Shown one piece after another: positions 39,481-54,515 of a DNA stretch of 64,000 nt. The notes under the pieces were generated by a model. That model did not search any database, was not told where the DNA came from, and saw only the letters and a program-made list of their open reading frames with translations. Source of the stretch: the human T2T-CHM13v2.0 reference genome, Homo sapiens; the NCBI RefSeq assembly GCF_009914755.1, contig NC_060935.1. One strand, written 5' to 3'. How positions within the stretch are numbered: position 1 is the first letter of the stretch; every line of letters starts with the position of its first letter. A program made the translations under genes and the position numbers.

Positions 39481-41849
39481 GTATCAAGCACGTTTATTTT
39501 AAAACTGATCCTGGAGTAAAGGGCGACTATTTATTCTGTGGCTCATAATTTGAGCTCAGGAATGATTTACACACAGGAACTTCTTGGTTGGCCATTAAGG
39601 GCTACTGTGAGAGGGAAAGAGAGAAGGTGATTGTGTAAGAGATTGAGAGGAGTTTGGGTGAGGATGAAGCTTTTGGTCTCAAGAGCTAAAGGCAGTATAC
39701 ATGAGAAGCTAAGGGAGTGTAAAGGAGGTAAGTAGAAGAAAAAAAACTTCCATAGAGCTGAAAAAGTGTTCCAAGAGCGAAGAAGCTGATAAGTATGTTG
39801 GGGTGCCCCAGTACTACCTGGTGTCCTTAACAGTCAGCCAGATAGGCCTGAACCTGTGTCCAGACATCCTGTGGATAAGAATGTCCTTCTGTCCACACCA
39901 AGCTCTCACCTATTAGTCACCCATGAACAGGAGCAATACCCAGTCCCCATCAGGAGATAACTTTACCACTAGCTTGATGTCCCTGGAAGATGCCTTTCTG
40001 CAGTGCCCCAAGGACAATCCCAAGACCAAAGATATTCTCAGAGAGGAGCTGTGGGGCAAAGTGGGGGCTAAGTGGAAAGCTTCAATACACAAAAGGGACT
40101 GTCATTAATGCTCTTATCCCCTAAGTAGATCCTCTGTAACTTAAGCAAGTGAGTGTTACACAGATCAAGTGCCCACGGCACATACTTTTTATCTGATGGC
40201 TTGTAAGGCAAACCCTTTGAAAGAAGATTTTATTTTGTAGAAAATATTGATTGTGATTTACAGTTGCGCTCTGGTACTTGAGGTAGGATTAAGAACAAAT
40301 AAAATATTTTATGAGGAAATCCTGCCATTTATTGAAATGCATATTGAGTGCAAGGCACTTTTGTTTGATGCCCTGGGAGGTAAATGTCATTTCCATTTTA
40401 TAAGGAGGCTCACCCTCTGGAAGAACAAACGTCTGGCTCAGAATCATATTGTTTGGAATGGCAAAGAAAAATCTGACACTTTAGTCTTCAAACTTCTAAG
40501 ACCCAGCTTGGGAAACACATTGTGATACATTCTTTCTCAATTGGTTGATTCATTGCTTCTGAAGGGTAAATGAGCTGTAGAGGTACCACAGGAAAAACAC
40601 AAGGTGATTCCTTTATAGATAATAAGGTACCTATTTTACGCTTACACATAATAGTTATAAAATTCTCTTCCTTCAGTCAATATGTATTTTACACCACATA
40701 CGACACTCATAGTAGGTGTAAAATACATATTGACCAAAGGAAGAGAATTGGACACAACACTGTTAGGAAACTTCTGATCAGCCTGAATACTGTAATCGGA
40801 AGCCTTTTGCAGCTCCACTAACACCTTAGAATCCCCATGTCCTTGCTAATAATATGATTACATCCTTCTGCCTTGGTGTCTAATCTCAGCAATACCCCCA
40901 CAGATAACTCAATTCCAGGGAACACCCAAGGTGAAATTGTATCACTAGTTTCATAATAATGAAAGCCATACATCATAGCCATAAATTGCCAGGGGCCCTG
41001 GGGTGGGATGGAAGGAGATATTGTAATGGCCTTAGGTAATTACAAAGCACAGACATTTACCATGATGGGAAATGAAAGACGCTGTATCTCAGTTATACTC
41101 AGACAGTAAGCAGGATAACCCTTCTTTTTTATAGTCATCTCCCACAATATAGACACTATTACAGGAAGCCTTGGAAGATCAAATCAGCTTTGTCAAAAAG
41201 CCTCAAGTTGTAAGGTTGAATGAAGTTGAATATGCAGAATAAACTGAAGGTGCAGATTGCCCCAGAGGAAAAATAAATGACTACATTTTTCTCCACTCAC
41301 TAATTCATTTAATAAACACAATTACCAAGACAGCAGTTTGAAGCTATGAGTACTAAAAGGAACTGCTTTGAGAGGACATACGGGAGACATCTTAACTCCT
41401 TAAATGAGACTCAATGGCATCTTACCTAGAATTACATACATAGGCCATACCTTTAAATAAAAGAATATGAACAGTTAATTTTTTTAAATGCCTCAATATC
41501 AGTCACATGGGAAACAAGCTTGTTTTTAGCTGTCATTGCCTCTCCAGGACATGACATGGAATGCAATATGAGCACTGCAGCCCTCTTAGCTTCTGTTCAT
41601 CAACAAGCTCCCCTGTGCTGATTTCTCATAACTTTACCCAGTATGGCTGGATACTTCTTCAGATGCCATGCCCTATTTCTGTCTGTGCCCAAGCATTTAG
41701 TTCAGTGTATCCACCTGGAGTTCTACTACAAAATAGGAGCAAGGTCAGCTTCATTTTCCAATCAAATCTGCTTCCAATTTATTTAGTGGGAAGATCACCA
41801 AAGACCTTCAGATTTTTAAATCCAATGGACAGCTTCTGGTCCTGGAAAC

Positions 41850-43510
<1,661 letters not shown>

Positions 43511-43834
43511 TTCCACACTTATCCCCTTCCTATTGAATAGCATAATATATTTACTTAATGACTGACGAGCAAACAACCATAGTACTCCACGTCTTCTAAA
43601 TCAACCAGTCTAATGCCTTTCCCTGTACAGATAAGAAGGCTAAGATCTAAAGCAGACTCACATCTCCTGTCTCTCACTCTGGGTGTTTTCTATGAATGGG
43701 TCTCTATGGACTCCCATAGGGCTGTTTCATAATCTGCAGCTCCATCAGAGCAATGGGAACCTCCAACTAACTTCAAGACAGTTTTTCTGCCATTTTGTGC
43801 CAACAATGATGATGACGATCATGATAATGATGAT

Positions 43835-44090
43835 AATTTAATAACATGGCTGACATTTATTGTTTACTATTCATCAAACTAAGAATTTCTTTTCATTATC
43901 TCATTTAATTCCAAAAACAAATTTATGAGGTAGCTGCTATTATAAAGCCCTTTTAATAGATGAACACAAAACGTAGCAAGATTAAGCAGTCAGAAAGAAT
44001 TCACACAGCTAATCAGTAGCAGAGTTTAATTAGCAGAGATAATTAATTTAATTATCTCCGGAACTTTAGATCCTGGCCTTTACCCTACAT
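43835..44090 (-). mobile_element. MIR
   Basis: attatctcatttaattcc...atgaggtag...tcacacagctaatcagtagcagag. Confidence 0.65.
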
Positions 44091-44352
44091 TGCCTGCCTG
44101 AGGCCTCTGCATGTATTGTACTTGGCTCCATCTGGAGATGAAGTCTCCATTGGTGGCCCTGATGATGGCTACCATGAAGAAAAAGCATCAATGAAGGGCC
44201 CAGATGACTGATATTTCAAGGTCTTCTGGGTTGTAAAGGCAAAGCTCCTCTCCACAAATGACTAGAACAAAAACAACTGCAATTGTGTATTTAAAGTCAT
44301 GCATCTGGACCTAAGCATAGCAAAATGAAATGTTACAAAATTGTGATAGCAG

Positions 44353-44476
44353 CCTATCATAGTTGATAAACTTACAAAAACTATGTAACTATCAAACTAT
44401 ATAATTTAATATCAAACTATGATATCCTGAGTTACATATCCTATCATAGTTTGAATCTTACCATAGTTTGATAGTT
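44353..44476. repeat. Nested inverted/direct repeat cluster (TATCAAACTATGATA motif)
   Basis: 14-bp arms 44387-44400 / 44463-44476; 13-bp arms 44412-44424 / 44442-44454. Confidence 0.9.
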
Positions 44477-44739
44477 CCCAATGTTGGCCAAGATATCAGA
44501 AGGAATATTGGGATTCATTGAAACTATTGATGCAATGTATATTCTCTTCTGGCTCATAAATAAAATATTACTACATGTAATCTTTTAAAAGCTCCTGCCA
44601 GCTGGAATTGGCTAAATTAATTATCTTAAAAGGCAGTTTTGAAAAAAAATACACAGTGAGTTAAATTTCTTTACCATTCGAAGGTTTATCAGTTTATTCA
44701 CGTGGGCAAAATGTGTGCTCACATCCTACGAAACAAAAT

Positions 44740-44950
44740 CTGGTACGCTTGGTTTCAATCCTCCTTCCAGCACTTATTAGATGTAGGCATTAGGAATGAT
44801 ACTTAGCCATGGAAGACCTCAGTTAACCCATTTTTAGATAGGATTGATGTCACCTGTCTCTCATATGTTTTGTAGACTAAGTGATGTCATATCTAAAAAA
44901 GCTTCGCACAGTAGCAGACATATAACAAGTCCTCAACAAAGGTCAGTTTA
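44740..44950 (+). mobile_element. MIR
   Basis: ttcaatcctccttccagcacttattagatgt...cctcagtt...aagtcctcaacaaaggt. Confidence 0.55.
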
Positions 44951-45411
44951 CAAGTAGGGTAAACTGTAAATAAGCATATTATGTGGCAAAGTCTAATGGC
45001 ATGTTATCATTTGTTAAAGGAGTTTCAAGATGATTTTTGAAAGTATTTTATTAACCTTGCCATTTCGGAGGCAACAAACCTTGCTATTATGGATTATCTT
45101 AGATTATATGGGTTTTGCAAATTTAAAGCTTGGCAGTAAGATAGGAAGTCCTGGACAGTGATGTCCTCTCCACATCACTATCAGAACCTGAAAGCAATTC
45201 TATGTCTGCATGGCTACCAATGTCAGCTTGTGGTCATGAAGCAAATGACTGAGTCAAAGAGTCTTATAAAACAGTGTTCTCAGAGAGAAAGAACACCTGA
45301 TTGCATGATGCAATGGCTTTGTAAAATGTCACCTTGGCTATGCTGAGCCACATTTCCACAAATCTCATTCCTATATGTTTCTGGTTGGGTGGGGGAAGTG
45401 CAAGGACATGC

Positions 45412-45973
45412 TTTTTTTTTTTAACTTTTAAGTTCAGAGTACATGTGCAGGTTTATTACATAGGTAAACTTGTATCATCGGGGGTTGTGGTACAGATTAT
45501 TTCAACAGGACCCAGGTATTAAGCCTAGTACCCATTAGTTCTTTGTTCTGATCCTCTCCCTTCTCTCAACCTTTGCCCTCTGAAAGGCTCCAGTGTGTGT
45601 CGTTCCCCTCTATGTTTCCATCATTTAGCTCCCACTTATAAGTGAGAACATGCAGTATTTGGTTTTCTGTTCCTGTGTTAGTTTGCTAAGGATAATGACC
45701 TCTAGCTCCATCCACGTCCCTGCAAAAGACATAAGCTCATTCTTTTTTATGGCTGCATAGCATTCCGTGGTGTCTATGTACCACATTTTCTTTATCCAGT
45801 CTATCACTGATGGGCATTTAGGTTGATTCCATGTCTTTGCTATTGTGAACAGTGCTGCAATGAACATACACATTCATGTGTCTTTATAATAGAATGATTT
45901 ACATTCCTCTGTGCATGTACCCAGTAATGGGATTGCTGGGTCAAATTATATTTCTGTCTTTAGGTCACTGAGG
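45412..45973 (-). mobile_element. 5'-truncated L1 (L1PA13-like)
   Basis: ttttaagttcagagtacatgtgcaggtttattacataggtaaacttg...ccaggtattaagcctagtacccattag; ORF 45625-45873 is the ORF2 C-terminus. Confidence 0.9.
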
Positions 45974-46115
45974 GATGTTCTAGTGGGATATTTGGAGGGT
46001 AGACTGGAAACAGCAGACATTTTTTCATATTTTGCACTGTATACAGAGCACTTGGTTTTTTAGCACACACACCACTAAGTACGATGTTACTGTTGCATTT
46101 GCCTTTCCCCCTTAA

Positions 46116-46431
<316 letters not shown>

Positions 46432-46703
46432 AGCATTCTTAATATTGTCACTGACTTTTGGTTTTCTCTTCTCAAGGAATCTCTTAGCTCTTTTTGTTGC
46501 AGGGGGGCGCTATACAAGTCACACACCTAGTAACTAGGCCAATCTTCAAAATACTAGGTTTTAAAACTAATCTAGACCAATAACTGCAACATGATTAAAA
46601 GCATCCATCAATAATGCAACCCAGAATGCAAGAATGCACATGGACCAGGCTTGTATGCTGAGATAACCCCTTGTCCCAGAACAGGCAGAAATAGCAGTCA
46701 TTT

Positions 46704-47014
46704 GGCCATGTGTGGTGGCTCACGCCTGTAATCCCAGCATTTTGGGAGGCTGAGGCAGGCAGATCACGAGGTCAGGAGATCGAGACCATCCTGGCTAACA
46801 TGGTGAAACCCCGTCTCTACTAAAAAAAATATATAAAAAATTAGCCTGGCGTGGTGGCGGGCACCTGTAGTCCCAGCTACTCAGGAGGCTGAGGCAGGAG
46901 AATGGTGTGAACTCGGGAGTTGGAGCTTGCAGTGAGCCGAGATCGCACCACTGCACTCCAGCCTGGGTGACAGAGCAAGACTCCTTCTCAAAAAAAAAAA
47001 AAAAAAAAAAAAAG
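46704..47014 (+). mobile_element. AluY
   Basis: Y diagnostics; perfect 16-bp TSD gaaatagcagtcattt (46688-46703 / 47015-47030). Confidence 0.96.
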
Positions 47015-47079
47015 GAAATAGCAGTCATTTTGTAGTTCATGTACGTTGTGGTGGATCTGCTGATTCGCCTCATTGTCAC

Positions 47080-47520
47080 AAGGCAGTAGCTGGGCCTACA
47101 AATGGTCTAAATTCCCTTGGGTCTTCCTTCAGCAGCTCTCTTTCCTGGGCAGGTGTGTGTGTTTAGCACCATGATGAACTCCCCCGCTTCTCCAGGATAC
47201 CTACACCTACAAGATGAGGCACAAGAACTGTACAGGTTTCAATTTTTGTGTGTGTGTGTGTGTGTGTGTGGGCTCCAGCTTATGCTTGAAGATTCCGGCT
47301 TGTTCTTGCTCTCCCTTCTTTCTACCTGTCTTCCCTTCCCAACTGCCTACATTGTGGATTTCAAAATCCAGATTCAGATACAATGATTACAACCTTTCAG
47401 ATGCTGCTAATATAGTTTCCACAATTGCATAAGTTCAGATCCCTGCAACACACACACAAACACACATGTATGTATACACTCTTTGTTCTGCTTCTCTGAA
47501 TGAAGCCTGGCTGATAGGCA
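47080..47520 (+). mobile_element. Old ERVL-class LTR fragment with (TG)n at 47247-47270
   Basis: End ttgttctgcttctctgaatgaagcctggctgata resembles ERVL LTR termini. Confidence 0.45.
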
Positions 47521-48024
47521 TTATTATCAACACTGAAGCCTAGCCAACAAGAAACCCTTTAAGAGCCTACTCTGTCTTTTTTCCGGAAAGCTAACTGTAG
47601 TCTGAGGTCATTCAAGAGCATAAAAAGCTGATTGATCTGTCAATATGTAATAGCTTTAAATATATTCATACATGTCAAAAGTCATAATGAGACTGTGTCA
47701 TTAAGATTATATTATGATAATATTTCATCATAGAAATGAAGAATGTTCAAATCCTACTCTTAGCCATAACTGCCTTTTCAAAGCAAGACAAAGTAATATT
47801 TAATGGGTTATAGACCTTCGCAACTCTTTTGGGATGATGCATAGATGGGTGTATGTGTGGTACCTGGTGAGGAGTGCTGTAAAAGATAATTCAATCTCAT
47901 TTTTCATCACGAGGATTCAAAAGACTGTACTCAACATTTAAAAATTAATGAGTGGCAAAATAAGCACATTAATTAGAAATAGGAAAGCAAATATCAAAAA
48001 GGAGCTACAATAATAGAAAGTAGC

Positions 48025-48225
48025 ACAGGTGGACATAAACATGGAAGCAATACACACTGCAGACTTCTAGAGGAGATGGGGACATGGATTGACAAACTAC
48101 CTCTTGGATATTATGCTCATACCTGGGTGATGGATCCATACCCCAAACCTCAGCATCATGCAATATTCCCGTGTAACAAGCCTACACATGGACCCTCTGT
48201 ATCTAAAATAAAAGTTAAAAAACAA
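48025..48225 (+). mobile_element. L1PA16-like 3' end
   Basis: ccccaaacctcagcatcatgcaatattcccgtgtaacaagcctacacatggaccctctgtatctaaaataaaagtt. Confidence 0.8.
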
Positions 48226-48389
48226 AAAGCAATACGTTGCCTTCAGAAAGAGAAAACCTGTGGCAATAAGGGAGAATGATGTGGTAGAGTGTTTTGTTTA
48301 TTGTTGTTTTTCGATAAAATATGACTTGTACAAGTAGCTGACTTTAAAATATGTTCATGTGTAACTTTGATTTTAAAATGGAAAATAAA

Positions 48390-48740
48390 TTGAAAGCATG
48401 TATATACAAAGATGCTCATCACAGTTGTTTATAAAATCAAAACATTAACACCATCTAAATATCCATGTTCACAGAATGAATCGCTAAATTACTATATGCT
48501 ACATAATGAAATGTATTGCTAATTAAATAATCTTTAGAAAGGATTTTAGTAGACACATGCTTATGATAAGTTAACAGCGGGCTTCAAAACTGTATAATCA
48601 GCATCATCTTGAATTTATGGTAAGAGAGAAACATATAAATCATGGAATATCTAGAAGTAGAAATGGTAAAGTATAAGTGAGTATTTTTTCTGCTGCTTTT
48701 CATTTGCGTATGTGTGCTTTCCAAAACTGTTAAAATAAAT
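48390..48740 (+). mobile_element. L1ME-like fragment
   Basis: acaaagatgctcatcacagttgtttataa...atctaaatatcca. Confidence 0.5.
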
Positions 48741-49019
48741 ACATACGGGGGAGGAGAGGAGGAAGAGCAGAAGAAGGTAGAAAAGAAAGGAGAAAGGGGA
48801 GAGAAGGAGTGGGATGGCAGCACAGGTTGGGAGGAGGATGTCATGGAAGGCACCACAGCCCCAGGGCAGGAACAGGTCCCTGTTGGTCCCAGCTATAAAT
48901 GCTTCTTTCTATACCTAATTGTCAACTATACAGAAAGTTGGTTGATAGAAATTTGTGCCTTGGACTGTCTTCATACTGTATAATTACACATATCCTTCGC
49001 ATTCCCTCTTCTACCTTCT

Positions 49020-49275
49020 AATTTCTAATTCTAAGTACAATTTGCAAATAATAAAATGAACTTGTGTAAGTTAACACTTTGATGAGTTTGGATAAATGTT
49101 TTGACCTCTGCAAGCATCATGCCAATGAAGATACAGAGCATTTCCATCAACCCCAGAGAGTTCCCTTGTGCCCCTTTTCAGTCCATCCAATGCTTCCCTA
49201 GGAAATCTCTGCTGGTAGCATCTATCATCTTAATTTATCTCTGTCTGTTACAGAATTTCATATAAATGGAAATGC
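49020..49275 (-). mobile_element. L1ME/MC-like 3' fragment
   Basis: ttgatgagtttggataaatg...aagatacagagcatttccatcaaccccagagagttcccttgtgcccctt. Confidence 0.65.
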
Positions 49276-49294
49276 ATATGAAAGTGAAGCAAAG

Positions 49295-49520
49295 AGAACT
49301 AACATTTACTGAGTGTCTATGTTTTGCCAGGCACTTCAGTAAGCACTTATAGAACATTATCTCGATTAGTGGTATTATCAACATTATAAAGTAGCTATTT
49401 GAATTCCATTACAGGAGCAAGAAAACTAAGATTTTGCCATGGTCACTTGGCCAGTTGATGACAGAAGCAAGATTGGAATCCATGTCTGGCCTAAATCCAA
49501 AACCACAGTACTTTCTCATA
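49295..49520 (-). mobile_element. MIR
   Basis: aacatttactgagtgtctatgttttgccaggcact. Confidence 0.65.
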
Positions 49521-49707
49521 TTTCAGGTAGCCATTTGTGAAAGATACCAGAATGACATTCCATTAGGAACCAAGGAAATAGATACAGAAGATTCTCCACT
49601 ATTATTAACCTACAAAATCATTAGTTCTCTTTCAGTCGATTAAGTTGTTATAGTTTTCTTCATTTTTTCTTCTAAGTAGACTGGCTCATTTCTGGTCCTT
49701 GAGCTAA

Positions 49708-50052
<345 letters not shown>

Positions 50053-50676
50053 AAAACTCACTCTCTTATAAACTGATGCTATGAATATTCCCAGAGACAG
50101 GTGTCAGTAAACTCAATTACAAGAGAAAATATAGCTTTAATATATTTCCAATGGAATTTAAAACTAAATATATTTATCCTACAGCAAATGTATTGGATGA
50201 CAACCTGCACATTTTCTTTTAATTACTTTCTTCCCCATTTGTGTGCACATCTACCTTTGAAACTAATTATTGCAGGATTCCCTTGACAGAATTTTTCCTT
50301 CCCATGGAGTGAATAATCTCTGTCAGCTGTAAATAATAATACAAAGACAGCACAAGCATTTTACATTGCATAATAGAGTTAAGGTGGTTTGTACTAATGT
50401 AAAAGAAACAAGGAAGATAAGCCCAAACAATCATGGGAGTTCAGTGTGTTCAAGTAAAGTTCTCTTCTGTCAGTCTAACAAAATGAGTTATTCTTTTCTT
50501 TTCTCTTGCTACATTTTATGGCACTGGGTACCGTGTTATTTGCAGCCAGACCTGTATTTACTAAAATGCATTTTGTCTTTTCAAGTAGGCTAAAACATGC
50601 AGCAGGAAAAGCAATTAGCATATTTATAAAATTACATCTATTTTGTCATACTCCAAAGGGCAAATTGTAAGGACAG

Positions 50677-51050
50677 TGTGCTGATTTTTACCAGCCCAGC
50701 ATGTCTTTGGGTTCCTATCATTCTCCAGGTCCAGAAGTGAACACGAAACCTATCAGCTAGGTCACAGTTGTTGGTTAACGAGGGGTAGTGACCTCTCTCC
50801 CTAGGAGATTTGCAGGAAGTGTGAGGAAAACAAGCATTTACCTTTTAAAATGAAGGCATTGGAGAAATGTAAGCTTGGGGCTGCAATGAGCCCTCTTTGC
50901 TACCACGTGACAAGAGCTTACTAATGTTCAAAATCAATGAAGAAAAAGCAAAGCTGAGAGATAGAGAGTGAGATGTGTGCTGATATAATTTAAACTTTAG
51001 ATTTATCCACCCCTACGTCAAGTTAGGTTTCTGTGTCTTGCGCAAAAATA
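50677..51050 (+). mobile_element. Old MLT1 (K/L-like) LTR
   Basis: aagcttggggctgc...ctaccacgtg...gcaaagctgagagatagagag...gttaggtttctgtgtcttgc. Confidence 0.5.
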
Positions 51051-52517
51051 TTCCTAATATTCAAGGTAAATTTGTGGGACAAAACACCAAGCAGTTTGCC
51101 AGCATGAATTGATTTACAAGCATCAGAAATTTCAGGCAAATTGGGCAAGTAAATAGGCTTGAGGGGCCAGAAAAAGAAACCCTGATGCTCAGGCCACCTT
51201 CTACTAACACAATGTTTTCTGAAGATGGTTTTGTTGGGGTTGGACCTAATACCAAAGGACAGACAGAACAGAAGAGCAAATTCTACCTTGGTAAGAGACA
51301 ACAGGTGGAAGATACACAGGTACATCCAGACACACATCTGTTCTACTTACTTGACTCTTAATCCTATACTGCCTGGGGACATTGTTTCTATTATATCTTG
51401 TGTGATCACACAGCTTTGTATGTGAACTTGCCTTGAATCCTCTACTACATTTTAAGCTCTGAAAGAAAGTACTGACCACGTGTAATGCTGTTTAAAATTC
51501 TTGACAATGCCGGGCACAGTATTTTATATGTAGTAGATTCTCAATAAATACTTAGTGAATAAATAGAGGAAAAAATCAAATGAAAAATCAAATAATATAT
51601 AATGACAGGGGTCATTTGTGGACATCTATCCACACTTTGTTTAGAAAAAAAGCCACCAGCATATGGGTTTATATTTAATAACTCACTTTGATGGTGGTGA
51701 GATTACCTTGTTAGAAACCCTCTAACTTTGTGTAATGGGAACCTTTGGAAATTTTTTTATGGAGCCCAAGATCCTCAATAATACCACATAATAATTTTTC
51801 CTTCTCTGATAATATACACTACATTCTCTGAGTCTCTTCCAAAATACAGGGTATATATCTGCCACATGTAGAAAAATGTGTTATTTACCAATTTCCTCTT
51901 TTAAAGTTTTCCCTATACATAGAAGTCATGTATGCCTGACTTGTGTGTTTCTACTAATGACTCAGACTAGGGAAATTTTTGCCCCATGGTAGTAAGGTAT
52001 GAAGTATTATGATAAAAATGTACTGTGGCCCATAATTTCTGTTCTGGGAGAAGAAATTAAAAAATGGTAAGAAGACTTCCCCACTCCATAAAATCCCACA
52101 GTGTTGTCCACAGATATGGTACAAAGAATTGTCAATCTTCTATCATCATTCTTATTATTGAGGAGCCATGCTAGTTTCAGAGCTCAGTTCCTGACAATTA
52201 GAAAATACCCTCTCCTGTAAGAGGGCATTACAATGCAGATCATCGTAATGATGTTCACTTGAACGTCTTTTGGTGCAACAGTAATTTGGTACTACATTTG
52301 CTAGAGAAAAAAAAAGTATTCCTAAAAAATGTCTACTTCATAGTGATTTGGAAAAATAAAATAATCAGAATTTGGTCCCGAAAAGGGACCCAGCTCCTAA
52401 AACAACCTGACTGAAGAAGACATGGATAAGATGGGTCATAGCATATTTTTGATAACTTTAAATAATGTAAGCTCATAAAATTTTAAAGCTAGAAAACTCT
52501 TAGAGATAATTTAGTTC

Positions 52518-52920
52518 AATGGTTTCCAAACCTGGCTGATAGAATAAATTACCCTAGACTGACTGAATCAGAATGTTCAGGGGTAGGGCCCAGGAAAACA
52601 TACTAATTTTTAAGTCCTCAAATGCATTAGAGATCATCCAGATAGATAAGGAAATTAAAAAATCAAATGATTTGTGGAAAGTTGCATATCTTGTCAGCAG
52701 TTCTAGAACCTAAATGGCAAAGTCTCAGAATTGAAAAATATTACAGCAAGTCATCCTACCATAACTCTCTGAGAGTGGTTCTTAGAGTATGAAAGATTTT
52801 CCTAGAGAACTCAGATTTCAGCCTCTACCCAAAGGCTTTATCAAATGCTAAGTCTAAGGTGGAGCCCAGCAATATGCATTTTCAATGAGATTCTAGTTGA
52901 TTCTGAAGGAGATGGAATAC
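52518..52920. mobile_element. Two MER5-like hAT fragments
   Basis: aatggtttccaaacctggctg...actgaatcagaatgttcaggggtagggcccagga; ggtggagcccagcaatatgcattttc. Confidence 0.55.
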
Positions 52921-53304
52921 AGGGCACAATTTAGGTTGTTTGATTTCCTCTTACGATGCTCCTTCACTTTTGTTTAAACTCATTCCAATTATGTGAAGCT
53001 TAAAACCATTCAATTATCTTTCCTTTTTTTGTAGGTCTGCTAGGAACAGTCTGATTTTTTTTTCCCAGAAATCTGCCCATGAAACTCTCCCCGATAGGAT
53101 TTAATTTCACCTTCCTGGGCTACACTAAAAGCTTGCTACCAATGCAGCATGATAGCTTGTTGAGCATTTATAACCCTTCCAAGACTGCTTTCTCCAGAAG
53201 GGGTTGGGGGAGGATGAAGATTAAAAATTCCTCTAGTGCAGCTCTCTCTCCTTTCACTTTGTGACTTATGTCACTTATGGCCCTAAACCCCTCTATCACT
53301 AAAA

Positions 53305-53544
53305 AAAAAGACCCCAAAGACATCAGACTTGGCTGAACAAACGTGCAAATGCTTCCTCGACAGCAGCTTATCCTTGTGCTGGGCAGCCTCTCTGCTAGCC
53401 TGTCTTCTACGAGGAGACAGTGTGGTGATGTGGATTCATAGTACAGGCTCTGCAATTAGTCAGGCATGGATTTGTTGCACCCCTGTTCTTATCTACAGAG
53501 ATGTTATTTACTTAACTTTTCTGCTCCTAAGTTTTATCAGCTAA
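53305..53544 (+). repeat. Copy A of ~240-bp direct duplication
   Basis: Aligns to 54258-54496 (about 22 substitutions and 2 small indels by eye). Confidence 0.95.
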
Positions 53545-53769
53545 AACATCAGTATGTATGAAGTACTGTGCTCAGCATTTAAAATCACTGACTGAAGCAG
53601 CATCCTACCTTCTTATGGCTTAGAGACATAAGCCTTATGCAAGCAGCTGGGTCTGGTTCTAAAACCAGAAGAGTCCTGCTGCACAGAAACAGCCAAACCT
53701 GTTGTTCAACAATTACTTTTTTTTCAATCACAGTCATTCCCTTGGACTAAGTCAAACGCAGAGTGGCTT

Positions 53770-53850
53770 CCTTACCCCTTACCCCAGGCCCCGCCCCCAG
53801 CATAAAGGGTGACAACACAGCTCAAGTGGGCACACCTGGAAAAGTGAGTC
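53770..53850 (+). promoter_or_regulatory. Candidate core promoter: GC box/G4, CATAAA box, possible splice donor
   Basis: ggccccgccccc 53787-53798, cataaa 53801-53806, gtgagt 53844-53849. Confidence 0.4.
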
Positions 53851-54257
53851 TAAGATGATCAAGTCTTTAGGTGTCTTGTTGCTCATGCCTCTTTTCTCTA
53901 CTCCAGCTTAACTGATGCTTCTGTGTTGCTCCCTGTCTCTGCTAAGCAGCTTCTCTTTGTTGGCTGCCTTTCCCAACTAGCTCCCTCCTCTCTGTTTGTT
54001 GTTTGTTTAGAACAAAGTGTTTTCTTCCATAAAAGGGATAGAAGCAGACACACGTCTCAGGGATTACAGAGACGGGAGACTTATTTAAAGTCGAAAATCA
54101 TTCAAGGGCATGTGCAAAATGCCCTGAAGTGTGGAGGGAAAACTAGAACCGCGATTAATTTTTCTAAAGAGTTTGAAGGTATTCGAGAGCACAGGCTCAG
54201 AATAAAGAAGGGAACAAGGGAATTTAGACAAGTAAGAAGCTCTGAAGACTCAGAGTG

Positions 54258-54496
54258 AAAAAGACGCCAAAGATACTAGACTTGGCTGAACAGACGTGCA
54301 AACGCTGCCTCAACAGCAGCTTATCCTTCTGCTGGGGCAGCGTCTCTGCTAGCCTGTCTTTTACTAGGAGAGTGTGGTAATGTGGATTCATAGCACAGGC
54401 CCTGCAATTAGTCAGGCATAGATTTGTTGCATCCCTGTTCTTATCTACAGGGATGCTATTTACTTAACTTATCTGCTCCTAAGTTTTATTGGCTAA
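54258..54496 (+). repeat. Copy B of ~240-bp direct duplication (includes MIR 5' part)
   Basis: See copy A; the MIR-like sequence continues after this copy (54497-54515 and 54885-54992). Confidence 0.95.
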
Positions 54497-54515
54497 TGAT
54501 AATTAATGCCTACTT

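Noticed and set aside
39204-39519. Tyr/Ile-repeat ORFs
   Set aside because: Artefacts of the (TA)n microsatellite.
51038-51045. Perfect C/EBP palindrome TTGCGCAA
   Set aside because: Isolated 8-mer at the end of an old LTR with no supporting cluster.
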